From the NCBI GenBank assembly GCA_016840405.1, contig JAEOSK010000003.1:66917-130916 (forward strand): 64,000 bases of DNA. Reading direction: 5' to 3'. Below, one piece after another: positions 18,463 to 28,253 of this stretch. The position numbers and the translations under genes are program-made. The DNA is from Candidatus Hermodarchaeum yapensis (lineage in GTDB: Archaea; Asgardarchaeota; Hermodarchaeia; Hermodarchaeales; Hermodarchaeaceae). The stretch's first letter is position 1; each line of letters begins with the position of its first letter. The notes below the pieces were generated by a model. The model did not search any database. It saw nothing but the letters and a program-made list of their open reading frames with translations, and was not told where the DNA came from.

Positions 18463-21400
18463 ATGCGAAAAGTTCGAGAGTTTACACCAGCTGATGCAGA
18501 AGAGCTAGCTCAATGCATAAACGAAAGCGAAGGTGGTTGGCCAGGCGGACTCACACAGGGCGTACAACATACGGTTCAGCATGTCATGGAAGACTACGAA
18601 CGAGAAGTAAAATTCAGCTGGCTCATCGCCGTTGATGAACATGATCAAGTTGCGGGAATATCGACTTTGCATCCTCATTACGAAGATCAAGAAGCCGCAT
18701 ACTTAGGTTTTCTAAATGTTGCTGATGCGTTTAGAAAGAAAGGGTTTGGCAAAGCCCTGCTCATTGAATCAGTAGAAAGAACAAGAGAATTAGGATACAA
18801 ACGACTCTTTCTGGGCACTTGGGCAGGAAACCTAAACGCGGTTCCAGTGTATAAACGAACAGGATTCTTCTGGCGACCAGATACTCAAGTTGAGATGGAT
18901 AATTACATTCCAATGATACTCGAAATGCCCATTGCTCAATCCTTCTTTCAGAAGCATAACTGGTATGATAGTTATGTAAGGAGAATCGAAATCGTTCCTG
19001 ATGAAATGGAGTACCGGGGTCTTCATGTATATGAGTATCGTTGGCAAGAAGAGTCTGATTCTTTGCGTATAGTTATCGACCGAGAAAGTCGCGGACCCAC
19101 CGTAATTGAATCTGATGAAGTGTTAGTTGAATGCTGGGTGGCTGATCCAGAACCAACCTTGGGCCTTCCCATTCCCGTTGAATGGACAATTCGTAATAAA
19201 GTTGCATCCAAATCACTCCAGTGTCAATTGAGAGCGAAGTTACCAAAAGGATTCCAGATGATTGAAGCACCTCCATCGAAAATTACTGTCCAGCCTAACG
19301 ACACTATAACGATCAAAGGCGTCATTCAGGGTAAAGTTACAGTAACCCCACCAATTGAGGAAAAGGCAGCTCTTTCAATAAAGTCCAAGCTGCAACTGGA
19401 AAAGATTCCAGTTGAATTAGAAACGGGTTTACGTGTAAAGCACCCCATTGAAATCTCAACAGTTCCTCCATCACTGTGGTGTCGACCTGGAAACGAACTT
19501 AATCTCGATATTACCCTGAAGAGCAACCTCAAAATGCCTGCACAAGGAACTCTTCGTCTTCGCCTACCTCGAGGGCTCAAAGTACCACAGAAACAGTTTG
19601 AGGTAAATTTCACACCTGAAGGATATTCAGGAATTAGCGTGAAGGCGTTGACCGATTCAGGCTTGAAGACTATTGCCTTGTCAATCCGAATGCACTTAGA
19701 TCTTCTGGTGGAGGGACAACAACTTCGCACGCGTACAGAAACTATCAATGTACACTGTTTGGACAAAGGAGGAGTGTTAGTTACTTCTTTTGATGACAAA
19801 CGACGATTACAAGTTCATACTGATACTCTGCACTTTACAATTAACCTGATGAAAGGAGCTCATATTGATCGCCTCAATAATAAGATAACTCGACGAGAGC
19901 ATCTGCGGTCACATTGCCGTGAGAGTATTGGCCCCCCATTTTGGCCATCGGAACAAATGCGGGCTCAATTCAATTATGAAATTGACTACGAAAAAAATGG
20001 AACCACTAATATCCGGACGTGGATGGAAAGCCAACGATATCCCGGCGTAACGTTTACAAAAACATACAAAATATTTGGGAGTTCAGATATTCTTCGCATT
20101 GATTACCAGTTCGAAAACAAACATCCCACCAATACGTATGATTTCCGATTACAGGTATCAAGTTTACCTGGAGTTTGGGATCATTTACACATACTCCCTT
20201 TGAAGAATGGACTTCTCCGAGCAGAATTTATTGAAGATGAGTTTTTTGCGAGTCCTCGAGAAGTGCCCAAGAAGCGTGAAGAGTGGGCTGAAACTTGGTA
20301 TTGTGCGGAACGTCCGCATAAGGGTGAGATTACAGCAGTTCTCTGTCACCCAGCAATTTTCCATGAAGCACGAGGTGTCACGCTAATTGATTTTCTATTA
20401 AAGCCCCCGCCGCTTCCCCCTAATACACATGTAGATCTACCACCCTTTTACTTAGTGAGTGGGGTAGGTACCTGGCAACATGTACGTCAGTTATGGTATC
20501 AATTCTACTCTCCTCATCCTGAAGCAAAAATGCCAGAGTTTCCAGTATTCGATTACTTAGATGTTCGATTAATAGATCACCCCCCGCTCTATGATGCACT
20601 ACCTAAGATTATAGTTCCATTACAGGTGCAACATCTTGTGCATCGACCACTTCAAGGTAGACTAAGGTTATCAACATCCAAAGGTTGGAAAGTCACTCCA
20701 CGAACAAAGAAGTTCAAAGACTTGACACGTGATAGCCCCCTTACGTTTCCCATCGAACTGTCTTCAACCTCTACGAAATTCGTTGAACCTGGAATCTTAT
20801 CGATTCAAGTGAAGGTTGAAACACCTCTCACGGACTATCATTTCAGTCTGCCAATTATTCTACATCGAAAACCTGGTAGCGTCTCCATTTCAACAATTCA
20901 GGAACAGGACCACAAAATTACCATCATTGATAATGGAGCCTACCAACTCAAAGTTGCTCCCGATTTTGCCGGGAGTGTGATAGCCTTAATCAACAAGATA
21001 ACAGGTACGAACTATCTAAAATCGAGCTTTCCAAAGGCAGGACCCATGGCATGGTTTAACCCCTGGTATGGCGGAATCCGGTTTGAACCTTTTTCACCAA
21101 AACAGCCTGGATGGTTCCCCACAAAGTTGGACCAAGAACCTTGGTCACTTGAAACAATCCAACGTCGTGAATGGGAAGGAGTTAGCATTAGTTCTACACC
21201 AGATAAGCAAGCCCCGAAACTGCGTGGTTACCAATTAGAATTGCAAGTGTTGACTCAGCCTTTCAGCAATATCTTTGCGCTAATAGGGCGTGTCACTAAT
21301 CTCACAAAAGCACTACGCATTATTCGTCATCGAATCAAAGTCGCGCTACCCCCAGAGGGATCTCCAACCGGGCTACGGACAGTCATTCCTCGAGCAACAA

Positions 21401-21693
21401 TGACTTACCACCGCCGTCAAGGAGAGTCTCATGCTTGGCCCACAACAACACAGTACTATTTTGGCGTGGAACATATGAAAGATGATGCTACGCTGCTCTT
21501 CATTAAAAAACAGGGTCCGATGGGTGAGCTCTACGAGGGGATTCTTGGTCAAGACGTAATCCAAATTCTTAATGAAGATTATCTCCGAGTCTCCCCGGAC
21601 AGTGCAAGTGAACAAACGAGTTTCCTAGTTATTTCTAAAGAGCCTTGGGAACAGGCAAAAGACTATGCAATTCTCTCAGAGCTTACATTGTAG
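18463..21693 (+). CDS. Large GNAT N-acetyltransferase with Ig-like and beta-supersandwich C-terminal domains
   Basis: LNV...RKKGFGK and TWAGNLNAVPVYKRTGFFW at the N-terminus; about 900 further beta-rich residues. Confidence 0.8.
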   Translation: MRKVREFTPADAEELAQCINESEGGWPGGLTQGVQHTVQHVMEDYEREVKFSWLIAVDEHDQVAGISTLHPHYEDQEAAYLGFLNVADAFRKKGFGKALLIESVERTRELGYKRLFLGTWAGNLNAVPVYKRTGFFWRPDTQVEMDNYIPMILEMPIAQSFFQKHNWYDSYVRRIEIVPDEMEYRGLHVYEYRWQEESDSLRIVIDRESRGPTVIESDEVLVECWVADPEPTLGLPIPVEWTIRNKVASKSLQCQLRAKLPKGFQMIEAPPSKITVQPNDTITIKGVIQGKVTVTPPIEEKAALSIKSKLQLEKIPVELETGLRVKHPIEISTVPPSLWCRPGNELNLDITLKSNLKMPAQGTLRLRLPRGLKVPQKQFEVNFTPEGYSGISVKALTDSGLKTIALSIRMHLDLLVEGQQLRTRTETINVHCLDKGGVLVTSFDDKRRLQVHTDTLHFTINLMKGAHIDRLNNKITRREHLRSHCRESIGPPFWPSEQMRAQFNYEIDYEKNGTTNIRTWMESQRYPGVTFTKTYKIFGSSDILRIDYQFENKHPTNTYDFRLQVSSLPGVWDHLHILPLKNGLLRAEFIEDEFFASPREVPKKREEWAETWYCAERPHKGEITAVLCHPAIFHEARGVTLIDFLLKPPPLPPNTHVDLPPFYLVSGVGTWQHVRQLWYQFYSPHPEAKMPEFPVFDYLDVRLIDHPPLYDALPKIIVPLQVQHLVHRPLQGRLRLSTSKGWKVTPRTKKFKDLTRDSPLTFPIELSSTSTKFVEPGILSIQVKVETPLTDYHFSLPIILHRKPGSVSISTIQEQDHKITIIDNGAYQLKVAPDFAGSVIALINKITGTNYLKSSFPKAGPMAWFNPWYGGIRFEPFSPKQPGWFPTKLDQEPWSLETIQRREWEGVSISSTPDKQAPKLRGYQLELQVLTQPFSNIFALIGRVTNLTKALRIIRHRIKVALPPEGSPTGLRTVIPRATMTYHRRQGESHAWPTTTQYYFGVEHMKDDATLLFIKKQGPMGELYEGILGQDVIQILNEDYLRVSPDSASEQTSFLVISKEPWEQAKDYAILSELTL

Positions 21694-21723
21694 ATAACAA
21701 TTGAAACCATACGAGGAGAATCC

Positions 21724-22596
21724 CTAGCCTTCATCCTGAGAATAGAAGGTGTACCACCGTTCAATGGAAAATTTGAGCCGGGGATCCGCCTTCAAGTCAT
21801 ACGGTGGCGTGGGCGAAGAATCAACCGTCTGTAAAACCTTTTCAAGGGAAATCTCTTCACTTAGTTGAGCCTTAATCCAAGTTTCAAGCTTTTTGAAGTA
21901 TGCCAGTTGAATTTGGATTTCTTCTTTCCCACATAAAGGTCCATGACCTGGGACAATGATTTCTACAGGCATTTTCAGGATTTCTTCAAATGCACGCATC
22001 CATTCCAGGGGATTATTCGTTTGATCACCAGCATAGGGATACTGTTGACAAAATACCAAGTCTCCGGCGAAGAGAACACGTTCCGTGTTCAGATACACGG
22101 TTGAGTGCCCAGCAGTATGACCACCCGTATGCTGAATGTGAACTTCGTTTTCCTTCCCAAGGGTCATGGAATCTTCAAACGTCTGAGTTGGCGTAATGAT
22201 ACGCAGATCTTTTAGTTGCTCTGCAAAGGCTGGGTCGTTCTGAACGTAATATTCCTTTAATTCTTGGATCCCTTCCGGTGACCACCGATTATTGAGCAAT
22301 TCAGGATATATCGCCGCCATCGCGGACGAAGCGATCAAAGTACAATCTTGAAAAACCTGAGTTCCGAAAACATGATCGGAGTGATAATGGGTCAGTATGA
22401 CATCCGTGATGGGTTCACCAACTTCTTTGTGAATAAGCTTACGAAATTTTTTAGCAAGTGGAGGAGTCATTCCTGTGTCAATTACAATAACGCTTTTGGG
22501 TAGTTTGATACAGCCTACATTGCCATAAGTTGAGGCGTCAACTATCGCCCAAGTGGTTTCGCTAACTTGTTCGAGTTTCAATTTAGCTAACTCCAT
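21724..22596 (-). CDS. Metallo-beta-lactamase fold hydrolase (cyclase-like)
   Basis: THYHSDH, GHT, GD and PGHG motifs. Confidence 0.9.
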   Translation of the reverse strand: MELAKLKLEQVSETTWAIVDASTYGNVGCIKLPKSVIVIDTGMTPPLAKKFRKLIHKEVGEPITDVILTHYHSDHVFGTQVFQDCTLIASSAMAAIYPELLNNRWSPEGIQELKEYYVQNDPAFAEQLKDLRIITPTQTFEDSMTLGKENEVHIQHTGGHTAGHSTVYLNTERVLFAGDLVFCQQYPYAGDQTNNPLEWMRAFEEILKMPVEIIVPGHGPLCGKEEIQIQLAYFKKLETWIKAQLSEEISLEKVLQTVDSSPTPPYDLKADPRLKFSIERWYTFYSQDEG

Positions 22597-22723
22597 TCTT
22601 CAATAGATTCTGACAATTGACAAACCATATATGATATGTGCATATAGGTTTTCATAATCTAGTATTTGGGAAAGATGTTAAGAAGCATTGGTGTTCAATA
22701 CTTGATGAATATTTGATAAGGAG

Positions 22724-23170
22724 ATGTCGGAAGTGTCCAGGGTAGAAAAGAAACGCCAGCCGTTCAAACTTCAAATAATGGACTTACTTATAGAGATAGG
22801 GCTCTCATCTGGTATCGCTGATGAAGTCGCCATTGAAGTTGTGAAAAACTCTGAAGAAGATACACCCATTGAAACAATTCGAATTATGATTCTCAAAAGC
22901 CTTCGAAAATATGACGCGAAAGCTGCACAAAAACTCGCGCTGCGGTTTCAGTACATTGAGAAGCAATTAGAAGATGTTCGACGAAAAGCAGAACGAGGCG
23001 ACGAAATCTACGATGAACAAGCAGTCGTCGAATTGTTGAACGCTGATGAAATAACTGCGGCTGAACTCTTCTTTATGGAAGGACGTGCTGGACGAAGCTG
23101 GCAACGAAAAACAGACCATCGCGATGCTGGGTCCACTGAGTTAAGTCGCGAGGAATACTATGAAGATTAA
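22724..23170 (+). CDS. ATP-cone-like domain protein with acidic C-terminal domain
   Basis: VEKKRQPF...IADEVAIEV...IETIRIMILKSL resembles an ATP-cone. Confidence 0.55.
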   Translation: MSEVSRVEKKRQPFKLQIMDLLIEIGLSSGIADEVAIEVVKNSEEDTPIETIRIMILKSLRKYDAKAAQKLALRFQYIEKQLEDVRRKAERGDEIYDEQAVVELLNADEITAAELFFMEGRAGRSWQRKTDHRDAGSTELSREEYYED

Positions 23171-23609
23171 GGAAATACCTTCGAATGGAGAGCTATTTCC
23201 CACCATTGCTTTACCTGACGCGGACATCCCCACACCAAAGCTTCGACTCTTCATCACCATTATTGTCACAGTTACAATTTCTACACTCATTTTCATAGAT
23301 CAAATTCTTGGATTATGGACCGGCGGTTTCTATTGGATTTTGTTTGTTCTAGGCATTCTATTGAGTTGCCTGATTATCGGACTCTTACTTGTAATAAATG
23401 AAAAACGCCGGAAAGGAGCTGAAGAAACGTGGTTAGAAAAATTTGGGAACGAGATTGGATGGCCCGTCACGATTCTATCCTTTACTATATAGTTTCTGTT
23501 TCCACAAAGCCGCCCCTTCCTCCTTGGGTCAATTTTAGGGGCATGCTGGCTCGTTTTCTTGTGGCACCATAGGAAAAAACAAAAAGAAGCGCTAATGGCT
23601 AATTCTTAA
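23160..23609 (+). pseudogene. Four-TM membrane protein interrupted by an in-frame TAG at 23490-23492
   Basis: Frame continues 38 codons past the TAG (FLFPQSRPFLLGSILGACWLVFLWHHRKKQK...) to TAA 23609. Confidence 0.6.
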
Positions 23610-23611
23610 CC

Positions 23612-23977
23612 TCAACCTGCTTTGGTAAGCTTGGTGATTATTTCGAAAAGTGCACTAGCACGAACTGGTTTAACTTGGAACATATCTGCCCCAGCTTCAA
23701 GAGCCGCTTCACGAACAGTCTCATCGGCACTAATGAAAACAATCTTACTTTTTCTGCTAATCTCGTGGATCATTTTCGTCGCGCTTATACCATCCATGCG
23801 TGGCATACGGTGGTCCATAATGATGATATCAGGTTTTGGATTCAGCTGAAGAAAAGTTTGAACTGCTTCATCTCCATCGAAAGCACATCCGATGACCTTA
23901 TGTCCTCTTAATTCGAAGAGAGCCTTGTAAACTCCATGAAGGTTCTCCTCATCATCAACTATGAAGATCGATGCCAC
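23612..23977 (-). CDS. Single-domain response regulator (CheY-like receiver)
   Basis: IVDDE, MDHRMP.MDG, ISA and KP motifs; paralog of 52935..53300. Confidence 0.92.
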   Translation of the reverse strand: MASIFIVDDEENLHGVYKALFELRGHKVIGCAFDGDEAVQTFLQLNPKPDIIIMDHRMPRMDGISATKMIHEISRKSKIVFISADETVREAALEAGADMFQVKPVRASALFEIITKLTKAG

Positions 23978-24197
23978 GGATTGCACTGTCCATCTCACTT
24001 TGACTTCATTTGAGGATATACGTGGGAGTCAGCCGCTGGTAACTGTCTCCTCCGCACCCAATGCAACACATTTTGCTTCACACTGCAGTATTTAGAGTCT
24101 TCTGTTCAGTTAGCTGAACATGTCTTCCCATTGCGAAAGTCTTTCAGGAATCCTGAATCCACTTGAAAACCAAATGTGGACCGAAAGCTTGGGGATT

Positions 24198-26867
24198 TTA
24201 CTGGGTTTCTTTAATTGTATCCATGTCTTCATATTGAAGAGGGATTGCATCAAAAGTAGTTTTGCAGTGGGTGCTACAGAAGAAGTATCGTTTCCCTTTG
24301 AAGTCACTAAACAAGTCCGTTGTTGTTTTCACCTTCATTTTACAAATGGGATCAATAGCTAGTGTAGGTTTCTCTGTTGGTTCTTGTTTGGCAATAGAAG
24401 TTGTTTGAGTGCCTTTAATTGGTTTGAAGCGTCCGAGAAGCAGTGCATTAGTCACTACGCTAACACTTGATAAGGCCATAGCAAGTGCAGCCCATTCAGG
24501 TCGGAGCATAATGTAAGGGTAAACTAAACCTGCTGCAACGGGAAGGAGAATGATGTTATAGATTAATGCCCAGAAAAAGCCTTGGCGAATTTTTGAGAGA
24601 GTTTTTCGTCCGAGTTGAATGGCTGTGACAACATCAAGGAGATTGTCCCGAACGAGTACAATATCACCTGCTTCGACTGAAACATCAGTTCCTGACCCCA
24701 AGGCTATACCGACGTCGGCTTGGGCAAGGGCAGGAGCGTCATTAATTCCATCGCCAGTCATCGCTACTTTATGATTCTGTGATTGAAGGCGCTGAATTTC
24801 TCTCGCCTTTTCATCGGGTAAAACTTCAGCGATAACTTCATTGATTCCTGCTTGGTGTGCAATAGCCTGGGCAGTCCGCTCCTTGTCGCCGGTGAGCATT
24901 ACCACATCAATGCCCATCTTCTGGAGGTGTTCAACAGCCTCTGCTGAATTGGGCTTGAGAGTATCAGCAATAGCAACCAAAGCTAAAGGCGTATGATCTT
25001 TGGCAACAAAGATGGTTGTCTTGCCTTGTTGTTGAAGGAGCGCCACATGCGGTTCTAATTCACTGACATCAACATTGCTTTCAGCCATGAAGGCATCATT
25101 GCCAACTTCAATTACAGATCCTGCTACTTTGCCTCTTACCCCCCTTCCTGTAATGGAGTTAAAATCATCAGGATCAGGTACTCGAACTTCTCTTTCTTCA
25201 GCATATTCTACAATTGCATGTGCAAGTGGATGTTCACTCCACTTCTCAACACTGGCAATAAGAGAGATTACTTCCTGTTCATCTGAGTTTCCAGTGATAA
25301 TGATATCGGTGACTGTGGGTTTTCCAATGGTAAGTGTTCCAGTCTTGTCAAAGACGATTTTATCGACTTGCGGAATGATCTCTAATCCTTCTCCCGTTTT
25401 TACGAGAACACCCAGTTGAGCACCCCGACCGATACCTACCATTAGTGCTGCAGGTGTAGCCAAGCCAAGGGCACAAGGACAAGCAGCAACAAGAACAGCG
25501 ATAGAAAAGCTGAGGGCTGAAACCCAATTGAATTCAGGATAATTAGGAGTGAACGCGATGAGTACAAACCATATGCTAAACACGACGAGTGATAGTATGA
25601 GAATGAAAGGGACAAAGCGCTCAGCAATTGCATCAGCCCTCCGCTGAATGGGAGGTTTATGGGTTTGTGCTTCTTCAACCATTTGAATAATCTGCGCAAG
25701 GACTGTATCCCGTCCAACTTTCATCGCTTCAATTGTGAGAACGCCGGTTTGGTTCAGCGTACCACTAACAACGGAATCGTCAATTTTTTTGCTTACAGGC
25801 AGAGATTCCCCGGTAATCATTGCTTCATTAACAGAAGATTGCCCATCTATGACGAGACCGTCAACCGGAATTTGAGCACCCGGTCGCACCAGGAGATGGT
25901 CACCGACTTCAACATCGTCAGTCGGAATCGTCACCTCCTGACCATCGCGGAGCACAACAGCCGTAGGGGGCTGAAGGTCCATCAGCGCTCGAATCGCTTG
26001 GGACGTACGACCTTTAGCCATTGCCTCAAGTGTACGCCCAAGGAGGATGAATGTCATCAACATCGCTGCAGATTCGAAGAACACCATCGACACTGAAAGG
26101 AGGAAAGTAGCCGCGACTGAATAGAAGTACGCTACACTCGTTCCAATCATGATGAGTGTGTCCATGTTCGTCTTTCCATGTCGCGCTGCATTGAGAGACG
26201 ATTTGTAAAACGGATACCCTCCATAGAACTGGACGGGAGTCGTTAAGAGGAAGAGTACAAACGCAGGAGTAATTCCTAACGGAAGGTATGGCAATATCAG
26301 ATGCGGGAGAAAGGAAATAATCACAATGGGAATCGTAAAAATGAGAGTGAAAGCGAACCGTTGGGAATAAAACCGAATTTCTCGTTCACGGGTCATTGCT
26401 TCGCGATCAATATCCGTGGTCATCTCAGCTACGATATCGAAGCCAATAGCATTCAGCGCTGTCCGTACGGTCTTGGTTGCAACTAGTTCCTCATCATATT
26501 CGATGACCAAGCGACCGGACATGGTAAATTCAGCGACAGAGAGAATTCCCGCGATATCTTCCAGGGCTTCTTTGATATAGGACCACTCATCAGTTCGTGG
26601 AGTAGGGGATAGGGTAACAGTCATTGTGGCACGTTGAGGTTGATAACCCGTCGAAGCAACCGCATCTTCGAGTTCCTCCCGTGAAATCTGATCTGGATCG
26701 AAATCCACCTTAGCCTTTTCTTCCAAAAGATTCACTGAAACCTTTGCCACACCTTGTTGTTGAAGCAAAGCTTTCTCAATTGTAGTCACGCATGCAGCAC
26801 AATGCATGCCTTCTATTCGCATGGATAGTCGTTGGGTTTTTTGACCTGCATCACGGGTTTCATTCAT
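24198..26867 (-). CDS. copA: Cu+-exporting P1B-type ATPase with N-terminal HMA and C-terminal YHS/TRASH domains
   Basis: GMHCAAC, TGES, CPC, DKTGT, GDGIND, YN and MALSS motifs; C-terminal DPICKM...FCSTHC; ATG 26867 follows GAGGTG. Confidence 0.95.
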   Translation of the reverse strand: MNETRDAGQKTQRLSMRIEGMHCAACVTTIEKALLQQQGVAKVSVNLLEEKAKVDFDPDQISREELEDAVASTGYQPQRATMTVTLSPTPRTDEWSYIKEALEDIAGILSVAEFTMSGRLVIEYDEELVATKTVRTALNAIGFDIVAEMTTDIDREAMTREREIRFYSQRFAFTLIFTIPIVIISFLPHLILPYLPLGITPAFVLFLLTTPVQFYGGYPFYKSSLNAARHGKTNMDTLIMIGTSVAYFYSVAATFLLSVSMVFFESAAMLMTFILLGRTLEAMAKGRTSQAIRALMDLQPPTAVVLRDGQEVTIPTDDVEVGDHLLVRPGAQIPVDGLVIDGQSSVNEAMITGESLPVSKKIDDSVVSGTLNQTGVLTIEAMKVGRDTVLAQIIQMVEEAQTHKPPIQRRADAIAERFVPFILILSLVVFSIWFVLIAFTPNYPEFNWVSALSFSIAVLVAACPCALGLATPAALMVGIGRGAQLGVLVKTGEGLEIIPQVDKIVFDKTGTLTIGKPTVTDIIITGNSDEQEVISLIASVEKWSEHPLAHAIVEYAEEREVRVPDPDDFNSITGRGVRGKVAGSVIEVGNDAFMAESNVDVSELEPHVALLQQQGKTTIFVAKDHTPLALVAIADTLKPNSAEAVEHLQKMGIDVVMLTGDKERTAQAIAHQAGINEVIAEVLPDEKAREIQRLQSQNHKVAMTGDGINDAPALAQADVGIALGSGTDVSVEAGDIVLVRDNLLDVVTAIQLGRKTLSKIRQGFFWALIYNIILLPVAAGLVYPYIMLRPEWAALAMALSSVSVVTNALLLGRFKPIKGTQTTSIAKQEPTEKPTLAIDPICKMKVKTTTDLFSDFKGKRYFFCSTHCKTTFDAIPLQYEDMDTIKETQ

Positions 26868-26883
26868 CCAAAAGCACCTCAAG

Positions 26884-27945
26884 CTACTCTCTTTCTGCGA
26901 CCTTGAGTTGCCGTTTATAGGCTCTTGCACAATGATGGCAGCAAAAGGCCATTTGTTTACCATTGATTTCCTCGATATGAGCACCTTCGTAGACTTTGCA
27001 GCCGCAACTGGCACAGACTTGCAAATTTGTTTCAAAAGCCGCAGCTGTAATAGAAGCAAATCTTGAGAAGAGTAATTCAGCTCCTTTTCGACCCTTCTCA
27101 GTGAAACTAACCACTCTCCTTGGTCGTTTTCCAGTTGGATTACTCTCCGATGTAACAAAACCATGTTCTTCTAAGTACTCAAGAAATGGGTATAATGTAC
27201 CTGCACTTAGAGAACGGCCAGTTCGATTTCGGTATTTCGCCATAATTCCATAGCCATGAGAAGGAGATTCGTATAGGAGCAGTAATATGTAAACCTTAGC
27301 AAAATCATCAAATGGTACGCCCAAAGAGGTTTTTTTTGATATCGCCCCACTTTTCCTTACTTCCTTAATCTCATCAAATGGTTCAGTAGTTTCATCAGAT
27401 TCAATTTGATGAGGAAGGGCTTTGGCAATTAGCTCTGATTCAATATTCAGTATATTTTCTCTTGAAATCATCTGAAGGTACTGGATTGACTTTGGAAGTT
27501 TCAAGTCACTTAAATCGATTTTCCAAAGAATTCGATCTCTTAATTTTGTACCTTCTTTGAAAGTCTGAAGAAGTATCCAATGTCTACCATCTGTAATAAT
27601 CCCGTACTTCACTCCCTCACTAGAACAATATCTAGCAAGTTTTTTTAATTGTTCAAGCTTTGTAATATCAATTCCTAGCTTTTTGACTTCAACGATTAAT
27701 TCCGGTTTACCATCAATAGTCAATGTGATATCTGGAATACCTTCGGGAGTAAGATAACCATGTTGAACTTCAGAAGGATCTAATGTTTTCCAACCTAAGT
27801 GGGTTAGGAGTGGTATTATAATTTGGGATTTTACGGCTTCTTCGCTATCCTCATAGTACTGTATATTTGCCTGAATGGTCTCCCAAAATTTAATTAGTTC
27901 TGAAGTGATTTTTGTAATTTTTCTTACTTCCTGGTTTGGATACAA
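26884..27945 (-). CDS. Fusion protein: HsdR-N-like PD-(D/E)XK nuclease + PadR wHTH + TRASH metal-binding domain
   Basis: [27 protein letters not shown]; then HGYGIM...SAGTLYP.L; then CASC...FCCHHC; single uninterrupted frame. Confidence 0.85.
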   Translation of the reverse strand: MYPNQEVRKITKITSELIKFWETIQANIQYYEDSEEAVKSQIIIPLLTHLGWKTLDPSEVQHGYLTPEGIPDITLTIDGKPELIVEVKKLGIDITKLEQLKKLARYCSSEGVKYGIITDGRHWILLQTFKEGTKLRDRILWKIDLSDLKLPKSIQYLQMISRENILNIESELIAKALPHQIESDETTEPFDEIKEVRKSGAISKKTSLGVPFDDFAKVYILLLLYESPSHGYGIMAKYRNRTGRSLSAGTLYPFLEYLEEHGFVTSESNPTGKRPRRVVSFTEKGRKGAELLFSRFASITAAAFETNLQVCASCGCKVYEGAHIEEINGKQMAFCCHHCARAYKRQLKVAERE

Positions 27946-27963
27946 AATTATATGCTAATGATT

Positions 27964-28026
27964 GAATTGACAGCAATTCTTATAAACATAACATATTGGA
28001 TATATCTTGATGGATAGTAACATCAA
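27964..28026. promoter_or_regulatory. Two palindromes in the divergent cop promoter region (candidate operators)
   Basis: GAATTG-acag-CAATTC (27964-27979) and TTGATG-N8-CATCAA (28007-28026). Confidence 0.45.
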
Positions 28027-28076
28027 CGAGCCATATAACCTTTTATGAATTATTAAAAAAAATGGAGATGAGCTTT

Positions 28077-28223
28077 ATGGCGATTGATCCCATTTGTAAA
28101 ATGACGGTAAATGAAAAGACCGCTAAATGGACTTCCAAGTACAAAGGTAAGACTTACTACTTCTGTGCCCCAGGCTGTAAAGCAGAATTTGACAAGAATC
28201 CTGAAAAATATGTGTCCAAGTAG
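28077..28223 (+). CDS. Stand-alone YHS/TRASH copper chaperone (48 aa; absent from the ORF track)
   Basis: Hand translation [48 protein letters not shown]; GGAG upstream. Confidence 0.9.
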   Translation: MAIDPICKMTVNEKTAKWTSKYKGKTYYFCAPGCKAEFDKNPEKYVSK

Positions 28224-28253
28224 GCTTGGAATCTTAGGACAACATTTCAGTGC

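Noticed and set aside
26868-27164. ORF-track 99-aa N-terminal extension of CopA
   Set aside because: It overlaps the regulator gene in another frame; the real start is ATG 26867 with a GAGGTG RBS.
27995-28022. ATTGGATATA resembling a Thermococcales dif half-site
   Set aside because: There is no matching inverted second arm; an AT-rich promoter explains it better.
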